Source: Sedimentisphaerales bacterium (GTDB lineage Bacteria; Planctomycetota; Phycisphaerae; Sedimentisphaerales; SM23-30). Taken from it: a stretch of DNA of 64,000 nt. This document shows positions 44,058-53,353 of this stretch, piece after piece. Within the stretch, counting starts at the first letter, position 1; each line of letters begins with the position of its first letter. The stretch covers positions 96,001 to 160,000 of the forward strand of contig CAXXMR010000013.1 in NCBI GenBank assembly GCA_963663805.2, written 5' to 3'. The notes under the pieces were generated by a model. The model ran no database searches. It was not told the origin of the DNA and saw only the letters and a program-made list of their open reading frames with translations. The translations under genes were made by a program, and so were the position numbers.

Positions 44058-44338
44058 GACCGTGCTGGGTGCTACCGCCAAAACCTTGGCGGTCTGGGCC
44101 GCCGAACGCCGGTCGATGAGGTTGAGGATAATCAAATAGCGCATCTAGAGTTGGGCATCACAAAAGGAATTCATGTGCCGAAAAAGTTTTTGCTTTTGCG
44201 AAAATCGGATTTGTGGCATAATACCGTCCATAGGAACTCCTCTCTCCCGGCTCCGCCGGGCAATAGGATAAAAATCATGGAGTTCCCATTGTATCATTTC
44301 AAAACCTTGACTCCAAAAAACTTAATACGCGCTGCATA
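44058..44338 (-). mobile_element. 5' remnant of an IS630-like element fused in frame to the IS4 remnant
   Basis: ATG at 44231 with GAGGAG RBS: MDGIMPQ...CDAQL*MRYLIILNL..RSAAQTAKVLAVAPSTV (HTH of IS630 type), with an internal TAG. Confidence 0.55.
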
Positions 44339-44450
44339 ATCGCGCACGGTTATTTAGAATACGAATGGTGCACATCTTGCGCCCAATAGGATCCATTCTA
44401 TTATCGCTAAAATGATCTAACCGCCGTTTCATATTTACACCGTACGAGAT

Positions 44451-45314
44451 TTACAGCCCTCTTGATATGAACCTTATCAATCGGTATAATAATGTTGCAA
44501 CTGTCACCTGAGGATGCCGTATACCTGAAATAGGTGCCAGCTCAACAATATCTGCTCCAATAACTTTTTTATGATTACATATCCAACGAATTAGGTCGAT
44601 TAAAGACTCCCAAGATAGCCCTCCAGGTTCTGGAGCACCTGTAGCAGGCATCAGAGATGGATCTAAGACATCCACATCTATTGACAAATACACTGGATTA
44701 GCAATTCGGAGAAGGGATTCCTTAATTTTTTCTGCATTTGAACTTATCCGATCAGCAGTATAAATTGGTATGCCTTTCTGTTTAGCATAGTCCCATTCCT
44801 CTCTGGATATGTTACGACAGCCAATAATGTTAAGAGGATGCCTTTCAGCTAATCTTCTATTTACACATGCATGATTAAATTTGGATCCTTTAAATAAATT
44901 CCAAAGATCGGCATGTGCATCAAAACATATTATCGTGCCTTTCTTCCTCGCAAGAGTTGATAATGCTGATGGAATTGCAATTGTATGCGACCCGCCGATT
45001 GTTATTGGTATTTTACTGTCACCACAAATACTTGAAACAACGCTTCCAATGCGACTGACAATCTTTGAGGTAGTGCGATTCCCAATTACCAAAGGCCGAA
45101 GAGTGTGAATTCCAAATCTGCAGGAATCATTTTTATCTTCCAGATCAAACAGTTCTACTTGTGACAAAGCATTCAATATCGCCATAGGCCCTTTTCCAGC
45201 CCCTTTTCCAAAATTGACTGCACCCTCATAAGGGACAGGTACCACAACGAACTTACTATTATTATAATCTATATGCTTCAGAGATAGTCCAAAATAGTTT
45301 GCGTTTTGATTCAT
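44451..45314 (-). CDS. speB: Agmatinase (ureohydrolase family)
   Basis: PYE...GAGKGP, GGSH, FDAHADL, SIDVDVLDP...TGAPEPGG, DIVE. Confidence 0.88.
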   Translation of the reverse strand: MNQNANYFGLSLKHIDYNNSKFVVVPVPYEGAVNFGKGAGKGPMAILNALSQVELFDLEDKNDSCRFGIHTLRPLVIGNRTTSKIVSRIGSVVSSICGDSKIPITIGGSHTIAIPSALSTLARKKGTIICFDAHADLWNLFKGSKFNHACVNRRLAERHPLNIIGCRNISREEWDYAKQKGIPIYTADRISSNAEKIKESLLRIANPVYLSIDVDVLDPSLMPATGAPEPGGLSWESLIDLIRWICNHKKVIGADIVELAPISGIRHPQVTVATLLYRLIRFISRGL

Positions 45315-45359
45315 AATATCTTAATGTCCCACAATTGGTCTAAATTTCTCGCCTTGAGG

Positions 45360-45833
45360 CTATGCCTTGAGGGTTCTTCGGTTACGAAATATCTTGATAA
45401 ACTGTATCCCTGTAGGTGTATTGAGCAGCTCTTTGTCTACCGTAAGGAAATACCCATACCCTGGAAGGCGATATTCAATTACAGTGTTATCAGTAGGCCG
45501 TAATGATCTTGTGTACGTCAGTCGAAACAAACATTCACGAAGCGAGAAAAGTTCTTTGACGCGATCTGTATTGTCTCTATTGCGATTACATATTGAAAGT
45601 TTAAGCTGCACTCAGAAATTCTTTTCCGGCCAAGTACCGATCGCGATGTGTGACTCAGCCAAAGCAATAAGGACGGTAGTTCCCCCACCTTTAGAATTAG
45701 TACAACAATAGCTTTTGACAGTTAATCCTACAGAAGTCATTATCCCAATCAACTTTCCCTTAAGAAGCGAACCGGAAGTTGGGAGTAGTTTTGAGCAATT
45801 GCACCCCAAGATCACTTGAAAATGGGATTGCAT
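45360..45833 (-). pseudogene. speD: Decayed S-adenosylmethionine decarboxylase (SpeD/SpeH) fused to the start of a spermidine-synthase-like domain
   Basis: LAESHIAIGTWPE; in-frame TGA at 45612-45614; then VQLKLSICN...; then EYRLPGYGYFLTVDKELLNTPTGIQFIKIF resembling the SpeE N-terminus, then stop. Confidence 0.72.
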
Positions 45834-45924
45834 TGACAGGTAGGCAACGATAAAATCTGGTCATTTCTTTAGACATTTGTAATCCCCGGATATAAAACTC
45901 CTTAGAGCTGCACGTGTCAACTTG

Positions 45925-46005
45925 CAACAAATTATCAATAAAATAGGCATCACTCCCATTATATGGAAATGTGATTTCTGGATATTGCTTCTTGATGTCT
46001 CGGAA
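45925..46005 (-). pseudogene. C-terminal remnant of a paralog of the adjacent B12 radical SAM gene
   Basis: YPEITFPYNGSDAY versus FPIETFPYSGCDAH in 46332-48107. Confidence 0.6.
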
Positions 46006-46331
46006 AATGCTTCTTGTGCAGTATCGAGTACATCGATATGGACCGACAAGTAAAGCGACCATGGGCATATAGCTAAAGTCCGCATCAGACCACGTAGATC
46101 TAGTCGTTCGTGAACCGGGAGCATGAGAGGGATCCCATGCACGTAAGCCTGCTTTGTTTCATGGCGTGAAAGGCTCGTGACACCACCACTACTCTGCCCC
46201 CCACCAAAATTAACTCTACCCACCCAACGGCACTAGTAGCAACACCATCACCTGAGCCGGCTCATAGGTGGCCTAGTCAAGCTGAAAGCAGTGCTCGTTA
46301 TAATACTAGTGCGCACGATACCACAGTGCCG

Positions 46332-48107
46332 TCAAAAAGTCAATGGCCCGGCCCACCATAGCCCCTCCATTCGGCGGCCGACTGCAGCAAAATCAGCAGC
46401 AAAAGTGGCTAGACCGGCAGCGTCTAGTCCGGCGGCTAGCAATAGAGAATGGGCATCGCAACCGCTGTAGGGAAACGTCTCGATTGGAAACAATTCGCGC
46501 ACCCTCGCTAAATGCAATGCTACCGCCATGGCGTGACGCGCCAAACCGTCCTCGCGGGCTGGGCTAAAATCAGCCGTCGAGTAGCAGAGGCCACACAAAT
46601 TGTGATCGGGATAAACGATCCCCCACAATTCAGGATTGCGTCCGATAGGTGAGTATCGGGACACAAGAAACTCTGATACCGCAGCGAAAGCAACTTCGGC
46701 ACGTCGGGCCGAAAGAAAATCTACGGTTTGTACCATCTCGTCCGGGGTTTCACCGGGGAATCCCATCATCACTTGGCAGGTCACCTTAATTCCCGTCGAA
46801 GCAAATCGAGACAGCGCGCCGTCGATTTCTGCAAGCAACTGTCCCTTGCGAGCTGACTTAAAGATCCGATCGCTTGTGGTCTCCAAACCGGGTGCCACCA
46901 GGACACAGCCGCTGTGGCGCATCTCCGCTATCAGAGTATCGCTAAATTTAGGAGAGAGGCGAAGATCAGTGGACCAAGCTACACCGCTCTCAAGCGTGGC
47001 AATAGAACGGCTAATGGCAGCGGCATCACACGCATGCATACTGTCATTGAGGAAGCTGAAATGGCGCACACCGTGGCGGCGGCGCAGTTCGGTAATATCG
47101 GCCACGAGCAGTTCGGCTGGTCGAACCTGATAACTGTTATAACCAGCGGCAAGGTCACAATAGGCACAATGTCCCCACTCGCAGCCTTTAGTCGCTTCCA
47201 GCGGCAGGACCAACTTCGGTGATAAATAATCTCCTAACGGCAGATCGGCAAAGTCGGGTGTTGGCAGATCGGCTAAGTCGATGAAATTAGGTTGGCCGGT
47301 ATCTCCATCCGGTGTCCAGAGTCCGACGATACCGGTTAGAGGGGATTCCGCCTCAAGGGCATCCAGTGCCGCAGCCAGAGCGTATTCACCTTTCTGTATT
47401 ACCACGCCGTCGATCCAAGCAGTTACGTTAGGGTTGGCTAGCAGAGAGGCTGCGACATAGCTGGTGACAGCGCCGCCAAGCAACACCGGTGTGGCGGGAT
47501 GACGAGCTTTGAGAAATCGTGCCAGAGTTAGCGCCGCCAGCCACTGCGTTTCGAAGGTGACCGAGATACCGAATAACCCACAGCGGTTCAGGTTTGGAAG
47601 TATCCCCAACACTTCCTCTATGCAGGCGGCAAACGGGTTCTCGGACCCGCGCGCCGCCACCCGGCACAGCCGATCCAGGTCGGCGTAATCGTCGTCCCAG
47701 GCCAAGCTGGTGAGGTCGCAGCGCGCGGGCCAAAAGGGGCGAGAGTGAACCAGGCTTAGCAGACTCAACGCCTCCCGGGCGCCACGGTAACGTGCACCGT
47801 TGAAGAAGCCTTGGCCATGACGGAATACCGTCCGTACATCGTCCACAAGAGCATCCAGCAGTTCCGGCCGCCGTTCCATCCGTGTTAGCGCCGCCGCGTC
47901 CGCATCATCGGCGACGCCCGGATGAGGCGCCTCCAGTGCCGCCCGGCCGATCGCCGGATCAAGCAGACGGCGGAACCAAACCATATTCGCATCCACCAGC
48001 ATGGCGTTGTGACGGCCGCCTCGACGGAGATAGGCGGCTAGGGCACTAACCCCCAGAGGAGGCTGAGTAGGGTCACAGAGAGGCGGAACGAATAGTGCAG
48101 TCAGCAT
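46332..48107 (-). CDS. Cobalamin-dependent radical SAM enzyme
   Basis: N-terminal B12-binding domain (PP...PPLGVSALAAYL, GISV, LLGG), KGCEWGHCAYC, GLET, GFPGET; GGAGG RBS at this ATG. Confidence 0.92.
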   Translation of the reverse strand: MLTALFVPPLCDPTQPPLGVSALAAYLRRGGRHNAMLVDANMVWFRRLLDPAIGRAALEAPHPGVADDADAAALTRMERRPELLDALVDDVRTVFRHGQGFFNGARYRGAREALSLLSLVHSRPFWPARCDLTSLAWDDDYADLDRLCRVAARGSENPFAACIEEVLGILPNLNRCGLFGISVTFETQWLAALTLARFLKARHPATPVLLGGAVTSYVAASLLANPNVTAWIDGVVIQKGEYALAAALDALEAESPLTGIVGLWTPDGDTGQPNFIDLADLPTPDFADLPLGDYLSPKLVLPLEATKGCEWGHCAYCDLAAGYNSYQVRPAELLVADITELRRRHGVRHFSFLNDSMHACDAAAISRSIATLESGVAWSTDLRLSPKFSDTLIAEMRHSGCVLVAPGLETTSDRIFKSARKGQLLAEIDGALSRFASTGIKVTCQVMMGFPGETPDEMVQTVDFLSARRAEVAFAAVSEFLVSRYSPIGRNPELWGIVYPDHNLCGLCYSTADFSPAREDGLARHAMAVALHLARVRELFPIETFPYSGCDAHSLLLAAGLDAAGLATFAADFAAVGRRMEGLWWAGPLTF

Positions 48108-49603
48108 CGGTCGACCTCCCTCGGCAGACAGAAGACGTCGTGGACGGCAGCGGCAGTCGCAGTGACTAGACTGGCACCAGGTAGTAGCGGCGACCGGCCC
48201 GCGAAGTACGCGGCGATGGCGGCGTCGATCCGACCACGCCAACGGTCGTAGACGGCGTAAAGACGCAAAACTGGCGCCATATCCTCGCCGAACACCGTGG
48301 TAACCAATTTCGGTCGTTCCCTGAGGTTGAGCAAGCCAGCTAGGGCGGGAGCATAGTGAAACTTGCTATGTTCCAGCGACGAGGAGGGTAGGTCCCTCTC
48401 TGCGAGGAACCGCCCAATCTGGCGTCGGGTTGCTTCGGCGATTGGTAGTACGTCGCCATGAGCGTAGCTGCCCCAGCCGAAAACTGCTGCCCCGCAGGAA
48501 TCCCCTACCTTCATATGTCCGTGATCTAGGGTTATGAACAAATCCTCGGGTTGAGCGGTGGCAATGATACCCCAGAACTTGTCATAGCAGCTGAAACACA
48601 ACCCATCCTCGCCGCGGAAGTCGTTGATGCAGCAGTGGGTCTCAAACAGCAGGCGGCGGTCAGTAGCACACAGCGAGCGGATAACCGCTCCCTTTCGCAT
48701 GTGCAGCAGCGGCACCGCGCACGTGGGGGCGTCGGATCCCGCCACGCTCGTCATCATCGCATTGAAGCTACGGACGAACGCTACCGACTGACAGCATTCA
48801 CTGTAAAAGGTGTGTCTGCCCACTTCCTCGGTACAATAGAGGTCCTCGGCGGTCAGACCTAGGATCAGGTGCCTTGCCCCTATCGTTAGCGCCTCAATCC
48901 ACAGCAACAGGCATAGCAGCAGGTTACGGCCGAACAACTCCCAGCCGTCGATATCGATATCATCACGGTAAGCGAGATGGGGCACCAGGCTGAGAATCGG
49001 GGATAGGTCGCAGTTGCGCCACTCCGGTGGCTGGACAAGGTGTCCCAATCGCGAGGTTAGCCGGATCACCGCGAGGCGTTCATTGGCGAACAGATTGCGT
49101 GCAACCGTCTCGCGGTAATAAGCGTAATGTACTGGCTGCAGCTGCAGCCCACTGGCCAACGCCGCTGCCACGCAAGCCGTTGAGTCAATGCCACCGGACC
49201 AAGCGATTACTGCTCGCCGGGGGTCGCCGCCGACTACCTCCAGAAGAGCGTCACAGCGCGAGCCGCCGACTGCCACCGTCCCGGTCGCCGACAATCCAGC
49301 CACTAGCGAGCGCGAACGAACGAACAGGTCGGCCATCTCCTCCAACTCAGTGGCGGCTTCACGCAACAGCGGATGGGCCGGTACAATCACGGTGGCGCTA
49401 CCCTTACGCAGTCCTAACCGGGTAGCAGCGATGATGCCGACTGCCGTCTCGACCATCGCTATCAGTTGCTCGATCTGGCCTTCTAACACGGGAGGGCAGT
49501 CCAGCCATATTTCGCCAGTGTTACTGCTCAAGCCGCGTCCCAGACGCAGCGGCAGAATGTACTTGTGATCATGATGAATGGTAACCGAGCCGTAGATTTC
49601 CAT
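48101..49603 (-). CDS. QueC-fold PP-loop ATP pyrophosphatase with N- and C-terminal extensions
   Basis: AWSGGIDST, GRNLLL, PLLHMRK, THCC...GLCFSC; GGAGG RBS. Confidence 0.8.
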   Translation of the reverse strand: MEIYGSVTIHHDHKYILPLRLGRGLSSNTGEIWLDCPPVLEGQIEQLIAMVETAVGIIAATRLGLRKGSATVIVPAHPLLREAATELEEMADLFVRSRSLVAGLSATGTVAVGGSRCDALLEVVGGDPRRAVIAWSGGIDSTACVAAALASGLQLQPVHYAYYRETVARNLFANERLAVIRLTSRLGHLVQPPEWRNCDLSPILSLVPHLAYRDDIDIDGWELFGRNLLLCLLLWIEALTIGARHLILGLTAEDLYCTEEVGRHTFYSECCQSVAFVRSFNAMMTSVAGSDAPTCAVPLLHMRKGAVIRSLCATDRRLLFETHCCINDFRGEDGLCFSCYDKFWGIIATAQPEDLFITLDHGHMKVGDSCGAAVFGWGSYAHGDVLPIAEATRRQIGRFLAERDLPSSSLEHSKFHYAPALAGLLNLRERPKLVTTVFGEDMAPVLRLYAVYDRWRGRIDAAIAAYFAGRSPLLPGASLVTATAAAVHDVFCLPREVDRC

Positions 49604-49615
49604 GGCGCATCCTCC

Positions 49616-51040
49616 TTAATACCTGGCCAGCAGTGGCGCGAATCGAGCTAGGCCATCCTCCCAAAGTGCATACAATCGCTCCGCCGATTCATATTGTGTC
49701 GATAGCACAGACGTACTATCCTCGCGCCAGTGCGACCACGGCAGATCAGAGATGGAGATGCCATATCGTTCGGGATGACAGTACAAGTCGGTGCCGGGGT
49801 AGGGTACGCAAATAAACCACTCGATAAGATCACAGTAACTTCCTGCTAGCAGATCCTCGACATAAGCAATGGTGGTTTGCCCGGTGGCCTCGGTCTCGCC
49901 AGGCAAACCTACCAGCCAGTATGTGAAAGAGGACATACCGGCATCCTTGACCATCCTACAGGCAGTCCTTATCTGGTCGATCCGGATATTCTTGTGTATC
50001 AAATCAAGAATGTGCTGATTGGCGCTTTCGGCACCGAATTTGACCATCCTGCAATTACCCACACGCATCGCTTCCAACAGCTGGGGATCGACATGGTCCA
50101 CCCTAGTCTGGCAAAACCACTGCAGACCGGCCGCCTTCATTCCGGCGGCGAAGTGGCGTACAAAGTCCGGATCATAAGTGAAGGTCTCGTCACCAACGTA
50201 GAAGGTGTCGACGCCGAATCGATTGGCGATGAGTTCTGCATCGGCAAGAATGTCATGTACTTCTTTGTAGCGAGGTTTGGTGCGGTTCCAAATCACATCG
50301 GCACAGAAAGCGCAATTCCAGGGGCAGCCCTCAGAGCAGTACAAGCGTGCCCATGGCACGCGGCCGGCGTATTTGGCAGGGATAGCCGTGTAATCGTAGC
50401 GAACGGGTGGTTGCTGAGCGGTAGCAATGTTGTTACGTACGATCCGCCCATTGTCGCGCCACGTCAGACCTGTGAAACGGTCGAGGCGACTTCCGTCTTG
50501 CAGTGCAAGGCACAGATCGGCCAGACCGATATCGGCTCGGCCACGAAAAACAGCGTCGACGTCAGTCGAAACCATAAGGTCAAGATCTTGGTAAGTGGCG
50601 AAGGGCCCACCAAACAGGACCCGAGAGGCAATGCCGTGATGTTTCTTAACTAAGCGAGCCACAGCCAATGCCACATCGACGTTCAAGACCAGTGGCGACA
50701 TCAGATAGAGACCGGTGGGTGCCGTTTTGAGCCGCTCGTCTATCTTCGCCAGATCGACCCTGGCTGCTGAAAGGTCGAACAGGTCTATAACCTGAATACG
50801 TTCGCATGCCGGGCCTAACAATGGCGCAAGTGCCGCAATCCAAAGCGGCAATTCGCAGATGTCGTAAGCTGGTTGGCTGTCTCTGTTGCCCCAGTCGGCC
50901 GAGGAGAAGCGGACAGCGGTAAGGTCTCGATCAAGAATAACAGACAAACGATGCCAATAGCCGTCATAAAAAGCGCTTTCTGCGGCACCCAAAAGTGGCT
51001 TGGTGACGAGGGGCAGATGAACGAAAACCGCTGTTACCAT
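49616..51040 (-). CDS. Cobalamin-dependent radical SAM enzyme
   Basis: FGGPFAT, GCPWNCAFC, DETF, FGAES, GLPGET, PYPGT. Confidence 0.92.
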   Translation of the reverse strand: MVTAVFVHLPLVTKPLLGAAESAFYDGYWHRLSVILDRDLTAVRFSSADWGNRDSQPAYDICELPLWIAALAPLLGPACERIQVIDLFDLSAARVDLAKIDERLKTAPTGLYLMSPLVLNVDVALAVARLVKKHHGIASRVLFGGPFATYQDLDLMVSTDVDAVFRGRADIGLADLCLALQDGSRLDRFTGLTWRDNGRIVRNNIATAQQPPVRYDYTAIPAKYAGRVPWARLYCSEGCPWNCAFCADVIWNRTKPRYKEVHDILADAELIANRFGVDTFYVGDETFTYDPDFVRHFAAGMKAAGLQWFCQTRVDHVDPQLLEAMRVGNCRMVKFGAESANQHILDLIHKNIRIDQIRTACRMVKDAGMSSFTYWLVGLPGETEATGQTTIAYVEDLLAGSYCDLIEWFICVPYPGTDLYCHPERYGISISDLPWSHWREDSTSVLSTQYESAERLYALWEDGLARFAPLLARY

Positions 51041-51060
51041 ACTAGGACCTCGGACGAGTA

Positions 51061-52392
51061 CTAGAGAAGAGATATGTCTATGGGCACTTGAGGAGTTAGC
51101 TGAAGCGGCAAGCCAGCCGAGCGGAAATCACGGTAAACTTCGGCAATCCGGTCTGTCGAATACCATGGCGCGTCTATAAGGGGGCGCGTGTCGGCAACTG
51201 CATGGTCGGCGTCCCACCGGGTCCAGTCATTGTCGACGACCCGCATCAGTGGAGAGCGCCAGAATTCTGTTCCCGGAAGTGGAGTATAGACACTAACACA
51301 CAAGAGATCAGCATGGCCGCCATTAACCAGCCATTCCGCTAATCGCAATGTCTCGCGGTCCTCAGCTTCCGATGAGCCTGGCAGACCAAGAATCAAGTTA
51401 AAAGCGACAGCCACATTGTGGCAATGACAGAGGTCGGCTTCGCGACACAGCAGACCGAGATCAGCAGACTTGCCGATGGCGCGCTGCACCGCCGGTGACA
51501 GCGTCTCAACCCCAAAATAGAGAAGGTAGCCGCCAGCGGTAGCAAAGCGGGCAAGATCATCGCTCCGAAGGGAGCCCGTCCGCGCCATAGCGTCGAAACG
51601 GGCACCAAGTCGAGAGAGTTGTGCCATGGTAGCGGCAAATTCTCGGTGCGGCAAATTGAAGTTATTGCTATCAAAGGTGAACTTGCCGAGGCCAAGCAGT
51701 AACAATTCGTCAACCGCGCGCCCCACAGCAGATGGAGAGACTGCGCGGAAGACGCCCATAGCCGGGCTGATGCAGAATGGGCAGGAAAAAGGGCAGGAAC
51801 GTGAGGTAACTATATGTAGCGAAGGACGGACGCGACGGTACCAGGCTGCAAATTCCTGTGGTTGGCCAGGCACCGATCCGCGACCAGTAAGCCCCTCGAC
51901 CGCCAGCAGTTCGAGCGCATTGGCCGGAGTGTCGCGCCTCAGCGGTTGAGAGGCAGGCGTCTCACCCGTCACGATGCTCAGAAGGTGCGCCTCACCATCT
52001 CCTGGCACCACCAGGTCGAAGTCGTTCAGCACCGAGCGGTGCAGGTTCTCCATCATCAGCCCGGTGCTGACCCCGCCTCCTGCCACTAAAGTCAAGGCAG
52101 GAAATCGGCTTCGCAGTTCCTGTGCAAGTCTCACTGCAGGGGCAACCGATGGCAAGTAGGACAGTGATATCCCAACCACTGCGACATCGTGCTCCAGCAC
52201 CAAAGTGGTGACATCAGCTAAAAAATGGTCAGCGTCATCAGCCCCGGCGTCACCGTCGGTTAGGTAGCCTATTGCTGGCACGCCGTACCGGCGCAGGAAA
52301 GCCACTAGGGCAGCAACTGCGGGATCGACAACAGAAAAAGGAATTGCTCCACGAGCGAGTAATCTTGGAGGCGATACAATGACAATGCTCAT
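51061..52392 (-). CDS. Cobalamin-dependent radical SAM enzyme
   Basis: VVGIS, VAGG, GDGE, SRSCPFSCPFC, FGVET, GLPG, PLPGT. Confidence 0.92.
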   Translation of the reverse strand: MSIVIVSPPRLLARGAIPFSVVDPAVAALVAFLRRYGVPAIGYLTDGDAGADDADHFLADVTTLVLEHDVAVVGISLSYLPSVAPAVRLAQELRSRFPALTLVAGGGVSTGLMMENLHRSVLNDFDLVVPGDGEAHLLSIVTGETPASQPLRRDTPANALELLAVEGLTGRGSVPGQPQEFAAWYRRVRPSLHIVTSRSCPFSCPFCISPAMGVFRAVSPSAVGRAVDELLLLGLGKFTFDSNNFNLPHREFAATMAQLSRLGARFDAMARTGSLRSDDLARFATAGGYLLYFGVETLSPAVQRAIGKSADLGLLCREADLCHCHNVAVAFNLILGLPGSSEAEDRETLRLAEWLVNGGHADLLCVSVYTPLPGTEFWRSPLMRVVDNDWTRWDADHAVADTRPLIDAPWYSTDRIAEVYRDFRSAGLPLQLTPQVPIDISLL

Positions 52393-52526
52393 TGCTTATG
52401 TGAATGAAGGTCTCTTACTTCCAGTTTTACGAGATGTAACCGATGCAAGTCCTAGTTGTGCCTCTAAAAATGTAGAAAACAGTCAAAACTATAGCACAAA
52501 CGGAATGCCCTTCTTGCATTAACCGT

Positions 52527-53351
52527 TTACCTCACCACAAGCGACACGTCACATCTACCTAGTGCATCACGGCGTAGGACAACACCGGCGCGATCAAGAA
52601 GGCAAAAGCTGTCCTCGTAGGACTGAATGGGGTAATCTGAGCCAAAGATTACACGCCCAGGCGCTTCCTTGACAAACCTCCGAACGACATCCGCTGCTTT
52701 CGCGAGATCCTGCGCTTTGTTCTGGCCTGCGGACTCAACAACACCTGACATGTCTGCATACAGCTGATTATACTCCTGCATCATCTGAAGCAAGTCCCAA
52801 CAACCATCGGGGAGCGCCAGATGACAAGCAACAACACAAACTTTAGGGTACTGCTTCAGGTTCGCAACGAGCCGCCGCGGAGAAACAAGTGGCTCCCAGT
52901 CATAATCAATCAGGTGACCCTCACTGTTGATTTCTCCACAGTGTACGAAAAGGGGTACTTGAAGGGAACTGGCAATTTGGAATACTCGACCAACCTCCTC
53001 ACTCCCAACATCAATGTTTTGATAGCCCGGGTAAAGCTTGATTCCAAAGGCTATGCGGTCAAGCAGGAGGCGCTTAATCTCTCCCATCTGCAGTCTCACA
53101 TCCGCGCCAACTTCGGCATTAAGGCTAGCAAGACATCGGAATTCTTCTTTCCTTTTTACAAGCTCAACCAAATCCGCATTTGCAACACCACTGCCACGCT
53201 TATGCGGAAAATAGGTGGGTAGTAAATAGCTTAAGCTGACACCATATGCTCTCATATGGGTGCGCAGTAGATGGAGCCCATGCTCATTACAGTCTCGCGT
53301 GCTAAGGTGGCAATGAATGTCAATCGCATCCACAGAGTTACACCCACCCAA
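52527..53351 (-). CDS. Amidohydrolase_2-family TIM-barrel metallohydrolase
   Basis: IDIHCH, GIKLYPGY, VHCG, ACHL, DMSG, FGSDYP. Confidence 0.9.
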   Translation of the reverse strand: MGGCNSVDAIDIHCHLSTRDCNEHGLHLLRTHMRAYGVSLSYLLPTYFPHKRGSGVANADLVELVKRKEEFRCLASLNAEVGADVRLQMGEIKRLLLDRIAFGIKLYPGYQNIDVGSEEVGRVFQIASSLQVPLFVHCGEINSEGHLIDYDWEPLVSPRRLVANLKQYPKVCVVACHLALPDGCWDLLQMMQEYNQLYADMSGVVESAGQNKAQDLAKAADVVRRFVKEAPGRVIFGSDYPIQSYEDSFCLLDRAGVVLRRDALGRCDVSLVVR

Positions 53352-53353
53352 TT

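Noticed and set aside
45612..45614. Selenocysteine or readthrough TGA in speD
   Set aside because: It is not at a conserved Cys, no SECIS is evident, and the gene has other signs of decay.
46080..46330. Possible IS remnant (HETKQAYVHGIPLMLPVHERLDLRGL, vaguely IS1634-like)
   Set aside because: Too short to assign, and no paired TIR is identifiable.
52426..52519. 30-aa minus-strand ORF (MQEGHSVC...) as a RiPP precursor
   Set aside because: No RBS, no leader/core pattern, and no RRE, protease or exporter nearby.
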